From NCBI GenBank assembly GCA_964016885.1, contig OZ024740.1, positions 127,038,001 through 127,102,000 of the forward strand: a DNA stretch of 64,000 nucleotides, read 5' to 3'. The first letter of the stretch is position 1; each line of letters opens with the position of its first letter. Positions 14,010-28,743 of the stretch are shown one piece after another. The position numbers and the translations under genes are program-made. The notes under the pieces are model-generated. The model ran no database searches. It saw only the letters and a list, made by a program, of their open reading frames with translations, and was not told where the DNA came from. Source of the stretch: Eledone cirrhosa (taxonomy: Eukaryota).

Positions 14010-17000
14010 ATTTCAACACTCAGAATAGGCAGCATAAATGCGCGTGGCTTGGCTCGTCATGGAAGCAGGGCCACCTGCTCAACGACCTAAGGTTAATAAA
14101 CATAGATGTAGTGGCCATCAGCGAGACCAGAATCTCCGAAGCACGGGCCTTCGCACCGATCTTCGGCGGCTACGATGTGTACGCATCTCCCAGCCGTCCT
14201 GCATAACGGGGAGGAGTTGCTGTGCTTTTACGGAGAGGTTTGGATCTCACGGTACGGGCCATCTTCCTGGACCCAGAAGGTAAGTTGGTGGTGCTGGACG
14301 TGACCAGCGGAGACGGGCAAGCTTTCAGGCTAGTGGCCGTATATGCCCGACAGGACAGGGCGGCCTGATTTCTTCCGGCGTCTGGAGATCTTTCTTGGAA
14401 CGTCCCGCTCTTTAGTGTTAGTGGGCGACTGGAACGGGATCTTAGATGCACGCTGGGACTGTGTGGGATAAGCGGATAGGGGATGAGGGTGCAAGAGCCT
14501 CACCAAACTGCTCAGGCGTTTTGAACTGTCTGACAGGTACCGATTGGATTTCCCGAATGTGCCAATGTGGACTTTGACAAATCGCATAGGGTCATCCAGA
14601 TCATATCTAGATAGAGTACTTTGTAGGGAAATAGATAGGTCTAGAATAGGCTGTCCACAATTCAAGATAGTCAGCTACACGGACCACAAATTCGTAATCT
14701 GTGTGCTTGACTTAGATAGGCTTCATAGATGAGGACCCGGCTACTGGAAGCTAAACGCGTCCTTACCAGCGCGCAATGCCTACAGAGACCGGATTAGCGA
14801 ACTAGTTAAGCGGGCGTTGACAGGGGCCGTCGTCAACAACAAGTGGTGGTTGCTCTGAAAAGAGAGATTAGAATAGAGTTCATTAGGTTTAGTAAGGCTT
14901 TAGCAATAGCGAAAAATAGAGCAGAGGGAGTACTAGTTCGAAAATTAGACGAGGCGCTTAGCAAAGGCATCGCGACCGACATACTTGCGGCGAAATTGGC
15001 CTTTGACCAATTCTTCAATGCAAAGCACGAAGGCTGCGTTGTCAGAGCTAGGGTATGTGCTCTCAGAGACGAGGGGACAAAAGCCGTTCAATGGGCCTGA
15101 GTGGCGGAGGCGCGTCGTGGCAACAAAGCCACGATCCGGTCTTTGGTGGACCACGACGGGCGCATGCTACTCGATCCCGGACAAATGTGTGAAGCTTTTC
15201 AGCGACACCTCGCTCAGCTGTTCGGGGGCAGCGGTGGGCCGGGTCGAGGGATGGACTTTAGTGTCTACCTCGACAGACTGCCGCGGCTCTCGGCCATTGA
15301 GGCGGAGTGTTGCGAAAAGCCGATAACAGCCTCTGAAGTACGGGAGGCAATGACTGGCTGCACAAGGGGTAAATCGATGGTTTGGTTGGTCTGCACTATG
15401 AACGTTACGTACAGATGCCAGACCTGTTCGGGGGCCTCTTGGCGGACGTCTACTGCAACTGGCAACACAACGGGAGAATTCCCAGCTCTGTGAGCCGAGG
15501 AGCGGTGGCACTGCTGAGAAAGGATCCGAACAAGGGGGATGACATAGATAATTTCAGGCCCATAACTCTGCTAAACACAGATTTCAAGATTTTGTCCAAG
15601 GTACTAGCAAAGAGGTTGGCGCTTGTCGTTGGTGGTCTGGTGGGAGTGGCGCAGACATGCGCCATTTCCGACAGATCCATCCACGACAACCTCCACCTCA
15701 TGCGATACATCATCGCGAGGGTAGCTAGGGAACCTGGCACGGGTGGGTCCTTGATCAATTTAGATCAGTTGAAAGCTTTCGATAGGGTCGACCATCGATA
15801 CCTATCGGCAGTCCTGAGGGCGGCTGGCTTTGGGCCCGTCTTCAGAGGCTGGATCGCTGCCATGCACAGCGACATCTGCTCTGTGGTCAGAGTTAACGGT
15901 CACCTTTCGGAACCGTTCCACATCATGCGCTCGGTCCGCCAAGGATGTCTCCTCTCGTCCCTCTTGTACGTATTGACTCTCGAGCCATTACTCCACAAAC
16001 TGGAGACGTTGAGGGGCGTCCCGCTCGAACTAGGATGCGGAAGATCCGTGTCAGCATATGCGGACGATGTCACCGTAGTGGTGTCGAACGCCAAACACAT
16101 CGAGGCGATCGGCACTACACTAAGAGAATACGAAGCGGTGACAGGAGCAATGAACAACCAGGAAAGTCAGTGGGCCTGCAGCTCGGCACCTGGAGAGGCA
16201 GGTCCATGCCGTCCAACAGTGTCGTCGGACGCTGGACGGACGGAGCGGTTAAATTGCTAGGGGTCGGTTCGGTCCGGACCTCCAGACGGACAAAATCTGG
16301 GACGAGGTGACGAGCAGGTTGGCTTCTCTCACTCAGAAATGGGCGGAGAGGAAGCTATCCCTGAAAGGTCGAGCGGAGGTGGCTAACGCGTACATCGCGT
16401 CTGTCATCTGCTACCGCCTGACCGTCGTACCTTGTCCTAAGCCCCGCCTGACTGCGCTGGAGCGTTTGCTGTTTCGCTTTTTGTGGAAGGGACGCGCTCC
16501 GATGGTCAGGCGGTCCATCTGTTGTCAACACCCGCTACGTGGAGGGCTGGGCATGCCGTGGCTGATGATGCGCAGACACGCGCTCAGGCTACAACATCTC
16601 CACCTTTTCCTCGACGGTGATCATGTGTGGTCGCCGTTTGCTAGACACGTATTTCCCCAGCTCGTTTGCTTCACGGAGCTGCAGTCCTGGGTAAAGCGAA
16701 GACCGAGAGGGAGCGCCTGGAGACTGGAATGTCTTCAGGCGCTCACAGCCCTCGACCAATCGGGCAATGTGATCGGTAGAAACTCCACCTCGGCGTTCTA
16801 TAGAGGAGTAGTGGAGGGGAAGAGCGACGACGTACTTGGGGAAACTCTAGGCGTCGACGAAAATCAACTAGCCAATCTCTTCGGAAGAACTTTCGGGCCG
16901 GGGCTTATGGACAACTTCCAGAAATCTCTAGCCTGGCATTGCTACCGAGGAGCCTTGCCAGTTCGGGATAAACTCTACAGGCATGGAGGTGCCGTCAGCC

Positions 17001-17422
17001 GGGCATGTCCGAGATGCGCGCAGGGCGACGAAACCGTCCTGCACGCACTCGTCCAGTTTCCGAAAATTGCTGACTTGTGGGTTCATATCGAAGATCTGCT
17101 GTCGCGTGTAGGACGGATCCGGCTATTATCTGAGTCCACTCTGAGGATTGCCCCGCCCTCTTCCTTTAGCCGGGAAGGGCAGGCAGTTTTTATCTGTCTG
17201 GTGGCCATGGCGAAAGTGATAGTATGGTGGACACGTTTGAAAGGGCTGAAGACGAGCACTTACCTCTTCGGTGATGCCCTGATTGACTTTTTCATATTTC
17301 ATTTGAAAAGGAAAATTAGAGTAGAGAGGGAAGTGCTCTCTTCCCAGCATTTTGTTGAAAGATGGGTGAGAGAAACAAGAATGGCCCGAGTGAATGGGCC
17401 TACTCTGAGTATGTATCTGTAA
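14010..17422 (+). pseudogene. Tx1 ORF2 (APE endonuclease, RT, C-terminal Cys-rich domain), frameshifted
   Basis: LRIGSINARG, VVAISETR, VAVYAP, VGDWNGI, SYLDR, TDHK, GYWKLN, FRPITLLNTDFKIL, KAFDRVDH, VRQGC, AYADD, GGLGMP and CPRC...ETVLH. Confidence 0.9.
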
Positions 17423-17759
17423 ATTAAAGGTGGAAAACTGGGAGAGGGCACTTGTCTTGGTGGTCAGGGTCACTGTGGCCTTTTACTGGGCTTTCTCCAC
17501 AAATGTCCCTCCGAAGTCTCCCCCCTATTGTGGAATTTTTCATTGTTATTTTTTTGTTACATCCTCTGTTTTTGTTTTTTACACGCAGAAATGCCCATTT
17601 GTACCGTCCTGTATTGTCCTGCACTGTCCTTAATGTCTACTTTATGTAAAGCCTTGTGGTTAATAAAGAAATCATTATTATTATTATTATTATTTTTACT
17701 ATTATTATTACTTTTTTTTTTTTTTTTTTTCAAATTCAATGATGTTCCAGAACAATATA

Positions 17760-20280
17760 AAAGAGATAATTGGCAATAAGGGCAGGGGCTCCAGGTTATC
17801 ACAGCCTGGGCCCGCTCGCATTTAGTCTTGGCTGCTGGAACGTACGGACGCTGCTTGACAGGGATTACTTGGAGCGTCCTGAACGAAGGACCGCTCTTGT
17901 TGCAAAGGAGCTTCGACGTTACGATCTTGACATCGTGGCATTTTCTGAGACGAGGTTAGCTGGAGATGGTCATCTTACAGAATTTTGTGTAGAATATACA
18001 TTCTTCTGCAAAGGAAGAGATGAAGGAACCAGAAGAGAGGCTGGGATAGGATTTGCTGTTAAGACTGTACTTGTGAATAAATTAGAAGAATTCCCAGTAG
18101 GGATTAGTGAGGGTCTTATGTCCATGAGAATTCCGCTGGACAAAGGAAGATATGCGACCCTGGTGAGTGTGTATGCTCCAACTATGAATTCTGTCGATGA
18201 AGAAAAAGTGTCCTGTTACCATGCCTTGAAATATGTTTTAAGAAATATCCCTCAGGCAGACAAAGTCATCGTGCTTGGTGACTTTAATGCTAGAATGGGT
18301 AGGGATTTTAACACATGGAATGTAATCGGAAGGCATGGGATGGGAAAGTGTAACAACAATGGTATGCTCCTGCTGCAGATGTGTGAGGAGCTGGATCTGT
18401 GTGTTACCAACACCATGTTCCAACAAAAGAACAAATTCAAGACCACATGGATGCATCCTGCATCTAAGGAATAGCTTCTTGTGGACTACGTCCTAGTCAG
18501 GATGAGTGACAGACAGGATGTGCAGTGTGTTCGTGCTCTTCGTGGAGCTGAGTGCTCGGCGGACCACCGCCTGGTACGCGCAAAAGAGAAACTAATCACT
18601 AAACGTATAATCTGGCTCCTGGTGTTGCCCTGCCCAAAAGATTGAATGCTGCTCATCTTAAGGATAAAAATGAGAAGAGGACATTGGAAGAAGAGATGCA
18701 GGCTACAGATCTTGGTGAGGATTGGCAGACCCTTAGAAAGTCGGTTTATGATGTAGGCAGGTGTGTTCTGGGATTGGTGCAGAGAAAACATCAAGACTGG
18801 ATTAATAAGAATGATGTACATATAGAAGACTTGTTGGCTGATAAGAGGCGTGCTCTGTCACGCTACTTGACGGCAAAACCACAGGAGAAGAATACGTTGC
18901 ATGAGGAACTCAAGGATGCAAAATCACGTGTTAGGCGGAGTCTTTCTCAGATGAAGGATCAGCGGTGGAGTGGGAAGGCTGGAGAGATACAAACTGCGTC
19001 AGATTCCAATAACACAAAGCTGCTGTACAGTCTCTTGCGTGAGGTTTATGGACCGTCTTCTTCTCTGGTGACACCGCTTCGCAGCAAGGATGGCAAATAA
19101 CTTCTTCGTGACTCACAAGGAATTCTACGAAGGTGGCGAGAGCACTTTGATGATCTTTTGAATCAGCCGTCTGTCGTCAGTGAAGATTTCCTCAGTCTCA
19201 TTCCAGAAAGTCCTGTGAAAGTAGCTCTCGCACAACCTCCGACGCTTGCGGAGGTTGCAGTGGCTATTTCGAAGCTGAACAGTGGAAGATCTCCAGGTAT
19301 GGATGGCATACATGCTGAGCACCTACAATATGGTGGTGAGAGACTCGTGCAACATCTTCACTCTTTGTTTGGCAGGATATGGGCTATTAAATCGGTACCT
19401 GAGGACTGGAGAGATGCAGTAATGGTGGTATTGTACAAGGGAAAGGGTAACAGGAATGATTGTGGGAACTACAGAGGTATATCATTTCTTTCTGTCGTAT
19501 GGAAAGTTGTACGTAGGGTGCTTCTGGACCGTCTGCTGACACACATTGCAGATTGTTTTCTTCCTGAAAGTCAATTTGGTTTTCTTGCTGGACGCGGCAC
19601 TAATGATATGATCTTCTCAGCTACACAGCTCCAGGAGAAATTCATTGAAAAAGGCGTGGATCTGTATCAGGTTTTTGTCGATCTGACAAAAGCTTTCTAT
19701 ACTGTTAACAGAGATGCATTATGGAAGGTTCTTCAGAAACTTGGTTGCCCTGATACGTTCCTTGCTTTAGTTAGGTCTTTCCATGACGACATGAAGGCTT
19801 GGGTTAATGTCGGGGGTAACATGTCGGAGCCTATCTCAGTAAAAAATGGAGTGAAACAGGGGGATATTCCAGCACCGACCCTGTTTGCCATATACTTTGC
19901 AATGGTTTTCTGTATTGCATTCAGGAATTGCGAGCATGGTGTTTACATCCGATATCGAACCTCAGGCAGCATATTTAACATCAGGCGCTTTGCTGCAAAG
20001 ACAAAAGTATTTACATCAATCATAAGAGACCTCCTGTATGCAGATGATTGCGATCTTGTATCGCACACAGAGAGTGATATGCAGCACATTTTGAATGCAT
20101 TTTCTGACGCTTGCACTGCCCTAGGATTGACTGTCAGTCTCAAGAAAACCGTCGTCATGTACCAACCTGCCCCTGGTAAGCAGCACACTGAACCAAATAT
20201 CTATGTGTATGGTAAACGACTTGGAGTGGTTGATCAGTTTGTCTACCTGGGAAGCACTGTCAATCGATACAGCAACCTTT
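17760..20280 (+). mobile_element. RTE-clade LINE (APE + RT), decayed, lacking its 3' end
   Basis: CWNVRTL, SETRL, VYAPT, LGDFNAR, TWMHP, YRGISFLS, DLTKAF, GVKQG, LLYADD and FVYLGS. Homology stops at a (TTA)n tract. Confidence 0.9.
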
Positions 20281-20351
20281 CGTTATTATTATTATTGTTA
20301 TTAATGTATATGTGTGTGTGTGTGTATATATATGTGTGTATATGTGTATAT

Positions 20352-20398
<47 letters not shown>

Positions 20399-20436
20399 TT
20401 TCTTTTTTTTTTTTTTATTTCATTTTTTTTTTCTCC

Positions 20437-20478
20437 TCGTGCAATGGCCATACTCGATAACGAGGGGGCAGCCATCAT
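20437..20478 (+). repeat. 42-bp copy of the 3' end of repeat D
   Basis: TCGTGCAATGGCCATACTCGATAACGAGGGGGCAGC also occurs at 22448-22483. Confidence 0.7.
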
Positions 20479-20499
20479 GTAATTATGTGTGCAAATGCT

Positions 20500-20612
20500 T
20501 GACAGTATTCCTTTCTGCTCACTGTTCTCTGAGTGCAAATTCCGCCGGCGTCAACTATGTCTTTCATCCATTTAATGTCGATAAAAATGTACCAGTGAGG
20601 AGCTGGGTTTAA
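20500..20612 (+). mobile_element. Degraded SINE family B fragment
   Basis: GAGTGCAAATTCCGCCGGCGTCAACTATGTCTTTCATCC...GTCGATAAAAATGTACCAGT. Confidence 0.65.
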
Positions 20613-22247
20613 TTCTTCCTCTAAATCTCTTTCTCATTCGGTTTGATTCACTGGAACAAATCCGCTGTATTCAGATCTTGAGAGTAAAAGGTCTCCGCCT
20701 GGATTTAAAATGCCCTATAAATGCTGTGTCATTATGACTCACTAACAGCTCCCTCTGGATTTACTGGTCCATACATATATATATTTAATGATGTTATGTG
20801 AAAACATGCTTCGACACAGATTTTGACTGTGAAAATTAGTCTAACTAGTTTGGCATATCAGTCGCAGGATAAAGAAAAGGTGCATAGCGTCGCCTGTGAG
20901 ATTTCATTTCCATTCTGCCTTATACTAGATGAAGATACTATCAATTACACCAAATCTTACATATTTTTCTCGTTACCTTCAGGTGTATTTTGTGTCTCAC
21001 ATACGAAGTCTTCCCCTTAATTCCCTCATATCTGGCTTATATATCCGTATTCCATATTTCATTGTCAAAAGCCTACGTCAAAAATTGTGTTTGAAATTCA
21101 CAATTCGCTGAACGACAAATTATAAATATGCAGGCGGGGTAGAAAGAATCACCCTGTGACCACTTGGGAAAAGATCAAAAACCTTATATTTATGCAAGAT
21201 GGGGGTCACTCTTCATCATTATCAAATTCTAGGACATTAGTTGGGTCATCGACGTCCACATAAATGGGCAGTAAAAAATCCTGTCTTGGCACCGAGCGAA
21301 CACTGCTATGCGGGATGCGAGAAAGCATAGAGATCTCTGACTCAATTGGAGGGACGCATTCACCATGTACTGAACAACATACCACATGAAGTCTGTTGAG
21401 GTTATACACAGGCTATAACAAACACCGGTGGACAATACTGGTGCCTATGTAAAACTTGAACATTGCGTTTTAGTAGAGAAAGATAGAGAGAGAGAGATAG
21501 AGAGTGAGAGAGAGAGAGAGAGAGAAAAGGAAAATGGAAAAGTGAGAGACGGTGGTGTTTTTTAATGAAATTATAACAGGTAACTTCAAAAAATCGAAGA
21601 GAGCATTACGGTATCTAGCTGGAATTTGTATATGTATTATAACTTTGACCTCGTCAGCCACACAGTGAACGTGTGTCTGAGGATGTCAAAGAATGTGTTA
21701 CGCAAGAGCTTTGATAATATATAAACAATCATCCGGTTATCGAACAAACCAAACAACCGAAAATCTATAATAAATTGAAGTAAAAACAACAGGTGCGTGT
21801 GTTTTTTTTTGGCAGCATGAGGCTCTCAAAGTATAACAATATTTCAACAATTTTTCAACACACGTTTTCAGATAAGAAATATTGCAAAACAAATTCAAAA
21901 ACGAAGTATACATACATATATAGCGCTTGCCAGCATAACTCTGATTTTGCGTTTCGTTTCGCTTTTTCTACCCGCCGAAATGCGATTCTCGCTGAATTTA
22001 TATGTGTATTCATCTCCCGAGTCTTACAATTAACCTGTTAATAATTCTATTGACAGATTAATTGCATAAGTTTATTTTAAAACTACCCGGTTGAGCGCTT
22101 ATTCGATTTGTCGTATTTATGCAAAGTTTTGCATGATTTACACATACTCTATTCATTTGCCAAAATCTGGGGGTTTTCCCCTTGTAAGTTACGCATGTGC
22201 TTTTATAAAGCCCTACGTCTTTCACAAAGTTGGCGCAGAGCAAAATA

Positions 22248-22484
22248 CCTGGATAACCGGGATAACTCCGACAACCTGCGACTCAGTAGTTACCGATGAT
22301 GTTGATCTTTTCTTCTTTTTGGGTTATAGCTACTGTCGCACAGAGAGTGGGATTGGCTATGTGCACAGTCTTTCCGGACTTTAAAAAATATCTTCATGCA
22401 CAGGCATTGCACGATAGAACTAATTAATAATTATTTATAATGGTATATCGTGCAATGGCCATACTCGATAACGAGGGGGCAGCG

Positions 22485-22490
<6 letters not shown>
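22248..22490 (+). mobile_element. SINE-like repeat D, 3' portion ending in (TA)n
   Basis: Homology to 7130-7290 and 20437-20478. Internal hairpin CATTGCACGATA/TATCGTGCAATG. Confidence 0.6.
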
Positions 22491-22532
<42 letters not shown>

Positions 22533-22681
22533 CAAGATGTATGGTAGGTCGTATGTGAATCGCGATGATCACGTCTGACCTACCAAATATGTGACGGTAG
22601 CTAGTTAAGCTCTATGCGTATACGCAGAGCAGAAATATTAGTGAAAAAGAACAAAGGAACTATTATGACATTATAACGAGT

Positions 22682-22737
22682 TTATTGCCGACAGCCGTTT
22701 CGTCCGACCATATGGTGGGACTTTTCAAGACATATAA
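22682..22737 (-). ncRNA. Type-I hammerhead ribozyme, U3-A8 variant
   Basis: Minus strand: TGTC-[TTGAAAA]-GTCC-CACCATATGGTC-GGAC-[GAAA]-CGGCTG-TC^GGCA. Confidence 0.75.
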
Positions 22738-23689
22738 CATGTGATTGTAGGATCATTATTTACATCAACGTATCACTCAAGGCTAACAGTTTGAAATTGT
22801 GGTACACATCAGCAGCTCCTCTTGTATAGTTGGGGTCTATATTCTAAGGGGGCTCTTTTATATTAGTTGTCGGGGTCAGGGATTGAAGGTTAAAAATTAG
22901 ATAATATATAATTTAGATAATATATAATTTACGTATTAACAGTAAACTAAAAGACTTGGGATCCCGTTGAAGCACCTTAAAAAATCCCTCAATAAGTGCA
23001 TAAAGCTTACAGGCTCCAATAAGCCTAATATACTAGAAAAAATTAAGAGGCTAATAAAATAAAAAAATAAAAATATAAAGGTTCCCCAAAAAATATAAAG
23101 TTTCTTATGAAATTCCTTCGAGAGAAAAACATTTTTTTCCCCAAAGAAAAAAACTTTCTTCCCCCGAGATCACGTTTACAAATTTCTGAAAGCTTACGGA
23201 GTTTTGATATTCCCTACTAAGTTGAAAGAAACTAATCACTTAAAGGTTAATTCAAAGAGCCTTCTATAAATCTCTCAGAAAAGGCCCCTTTAATATTTTT
23301 AATAGGAACTTCCTCCGAGAGACCCTTCGAAGAATTAAAATTTTAGAGAGCCTTTAAGGATATATATAAAAACGAATTGAGGAAAATTATACAAGTTAAA
23401 CATTACGGTATTTGGGATATCCGAGGAATTTTCAAAGGGCTGCTTCAACAGATACAACTTAGGCATAATAGATACAATAATTTAAGTAATTTAAGTAATT
23501 TAATTAGGGAGCAATTCAAAGAGTTTATCAAGTTGGGCAAGATTAAAGAAAGTGGTAAATAAGAAAATACATAAGCAAAGAGACAATAATTATAACATGT
23601 ATTTTTAAGAAGGTATAAGGTACCTTCAGTAATCTAACAATGTATTATCACAAAAAATTATCATAAAATTATTGATACATGATTAACAA

Positions 23690-23927
23690 AGACATAATAA
23701 TATACATTCCTGCCTAATTAACCAGTAATCCATACACTATTAACAGTCAGGCAAAATTAGCTCAGGGATATCCCGCGCTCGGATACTTTACACACATACA
23801 GTAACACATAGGATTAGCACAGACATAATGGTATATTCCTGTCTAGTTAACAAACAATCAATTAACAATTGATGGTCAAGAAAATGCACTCAGGGATATC
23901 CCGCGAACGAATATTTACATACATACA
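23690..23927. repeat. Two diverged ~130-bp direct repeats inside PLE-3
   Basis: AGACATAAT..ATTCCTG..TTAAC...CTCAGGGATATCCCGCG...TTTACA..CATACA occurs twice. Confidence 0.75.
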
Positions 23928-24589
23928 ACAGGATGAACAGTACTGGTGACCGTGTGGGCGCGATATCCATTATGCGTATGTAGTCATCTGCATAGCTCCA
24001 GGCACTGTTGGTCTTGTTTAAAAGTTCATAGTTCACGGATCAACTGGGATTCACTATCAGCTGCGTGGAGTCTCTGGGAAATGTACCTGTGGATCTAATA
24101 GCTAGTGGTTGCTGGGTGTGGTCCGTTCGATCTTTTAGTTTCGGGGGTTGCACGCTTTTGCGATAGACCAGCCTGCCGGTCCTAAGTCCAAGGTCTCGCT
24201 ACATAGGATGTATTGGTCTACATGCTATATTGGTAAAAAAACCAGTGTGGATTTGACTGGGGTGGTATATTACGAACTCCAAGCCCACACGCGACTGGTC
24301 AAAAGCGTAGGGCTGTCCCCTCTTTATGCACTTATTGAGGGATTTGTTAAGGTGCTTCAACGGGATCCCAAGTCTTTTAGTTTACTGTTAATACGTAAAT
24401 TATATATTATCTAAATTATATATTATCTAATATTTAACCTTCAATCCCTGACCCCGACAACTAATACAAAAGAGCCCCCTTAGAATATAGACCCCAAATA
24501 TACAAGCGGAGCTGCTGATGTGTACCACAATTTCAAACTGCTAGCCTTGAGTGATACGTTGATGTAAATAATGATCCTACAATCACATG

Positions 24590-24645
24590 TTATATGCCTT
24601 GAAAAGTCCCACCATATGGTCGGACGAAACGGCTGTCGGCAATAA
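24590..24645 (+). ncRNA. Type-I hammerhead ribozyme, U3-A8 variant
   Basis: TGCC-[TTGAAAA 24599-24605]-GTCC..GGAC-[GAAA 24626-24629]-CGGCTG-TC^(24637)GGCA. Confidence 0.78.
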
Positions 24646-24905
24646 ACTCGTTATAATGTCATAATAGTTCCTTTGTTCTTTTTCACTAATATATATATAT
24701 ATATATATGTAGATAAATCTACCAAGAGTTTACGGTAGTGTCCAATCCGTATGAAGAACTCAATGTATTCCGGATATCATGGAAAGAAGAGATGTAATGA
24801 AAAATCACTTTCGGTGAAAGATAAACGGAATACAGAGTCAAGATAAAATATTAAACAAATAATGAATAAAACAATGAAACAGTTCCTTATATTAAACAAA
24901 AAAAG

Positions 24906-25060
24906 TTCATTATTTAACGATCGTTTCTAGGATATATATGTGTTAGAATTGGCATGCATATTCAACAGATCTATGTACAAAATTATACAAAATTATACAA
25001 ACTATCAAGATTAAATATACATACCAAACACACATATATGCCGTCTTCAGAAATAATGAA
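24906..25060 (-). ncRNA. Hammerhead ribozyme with ~115-nt stem II (sense copy of PLE-4)
   Basis: Reverse complement of 34930-35084. Confidence 0.7.
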
Positions 25061-25339
25061 ATATATTTATTGATAATAACAACAATTCAAAATTTCAGGT
25101 CCATTTGGGAACGGAGTTCAAAATTGACCAATGAAAATACAAAAAGTTTTATGCAGTTTGGTGTGTGTATATACATGTAACTAACCCCGTACAGATATTT
25201 ATACAAAGATATATGCCCAACATGCATACGCATGCCAAAAAGATGTATGCAAATACGAAAAATTCAAGGCTAATGTCTCTGTAAGTTTATAATCCACAGA
25301 TAAAATGCGTATAGACACATAAATATGAAATAAGTGTAT

Positions 25340-27660
<2,321 letters not shown>

Positions 27661-28223
27661 TGATAATAGTATGGGGGAAAGGGGGGGGTGGAGAAGGGGA
27701 TTATAGTAAATATATGTTTCAAGAAACATAGAATATTAATCTGTATTTGGATCTTAATATATGTTTTTACATAGTTTCAGTGTTAGGAAATGCAAGAAAT
27801 AAGGCAAAATTATGCATTTCAAAATAAGTATACCATTAATTATATGTTAACTAAACTAAAGATAGTTAACATATTGATTTCTAAGGTGTAAATTAGTTAG
27901 GTTTATAATATTTGAAGCAGAATTTTGAAGTTAAATAGTAGTAGAGTATTAATTATAGTATAACTAAATTAAAGTTATTAACGTTATGGTATCAATATTA
28001 GGAAATGAATTTAGTAATAGGGAAAAAACAAATAAAGTATTACATCGGTAGTAGAATATAAATTATAGGTTAACTAAATTAAAAATTATATATTAATTTC
28101 TATAGTATATGTTAATTAGGTATATAATAAATGAAACAGATATTGTATTTTATCAATAGCAGAATATAATTATATGCAAATAGAAATCAAAATTAATACA
28201 TATACATATACATATACATACAC

Positions 28224-28254
<31 letters not shown>

Positions 28255-28743
28255 TACATACATACACATACATATACATACATACATATACATATTTTTT
28301 CAAAAATTGCAAAGAATATATTAACTAGGTATACATCCAAGACACATCCCATTCTATGATTACATGACACTCTGCAATCCGTCTGTATTAGGATACTAAT
28401 TTTAAGCCAATTAAATTAAATTTTTAGGTTGACTAAATTTAAAACCAAATTATAAATATATTTCTAAAATGTATATTAATTAGGTCTATAATACTAAAAA
28501 TTATTTCTCTGTCATTGGATACACGATATTTTGTTATATTTTATCTGTAAAGGAATTAAATAAATTAAAATTAATCTATAAATTAAATTTTTAAGTATAT
28601 ATTAGTAATATTTAAAGGTTTTTCACAATTTATGATTACACAATATTTTATATTCTCATCTGTAGTAGAATTTTAATTAAATTAAATTTATAGGTTAACT
28701 AACATTTAAATTAAATTATATATTAATTTCTAAAATAATGTTA

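Larger units (their letters stand above)
11614..17673 (+). mobile_element. Tx1/L1-clade LINE, near full length, decayed
   Basis: Two-ORF layout with a 3' UTR containing AATAAA. (ATT)n lies on both sides. Confidence 0.9.
22635..24692 (-). mobile_element. Penelope-like element remnant with 371-bp inverted arms (PLE-3)
   Basis: 22635-23005 is a near-perfect reverse complement of 24322-24692, and each arm holds a hammerhead. Minus-strand 24010-24280 reads as a degraded GIY-YIG (IPPQSNPH..YQYS..NTSYVAR...LIVNPS*SVNY). Confidence 0.75.

Noticed and set aside
23960-24040. Minus-strand WSYADDY as an RT YADD motif
   Set aside because: No flanking RT motifs; the position fits the degraded tail of a GIY-YIG domain instead.
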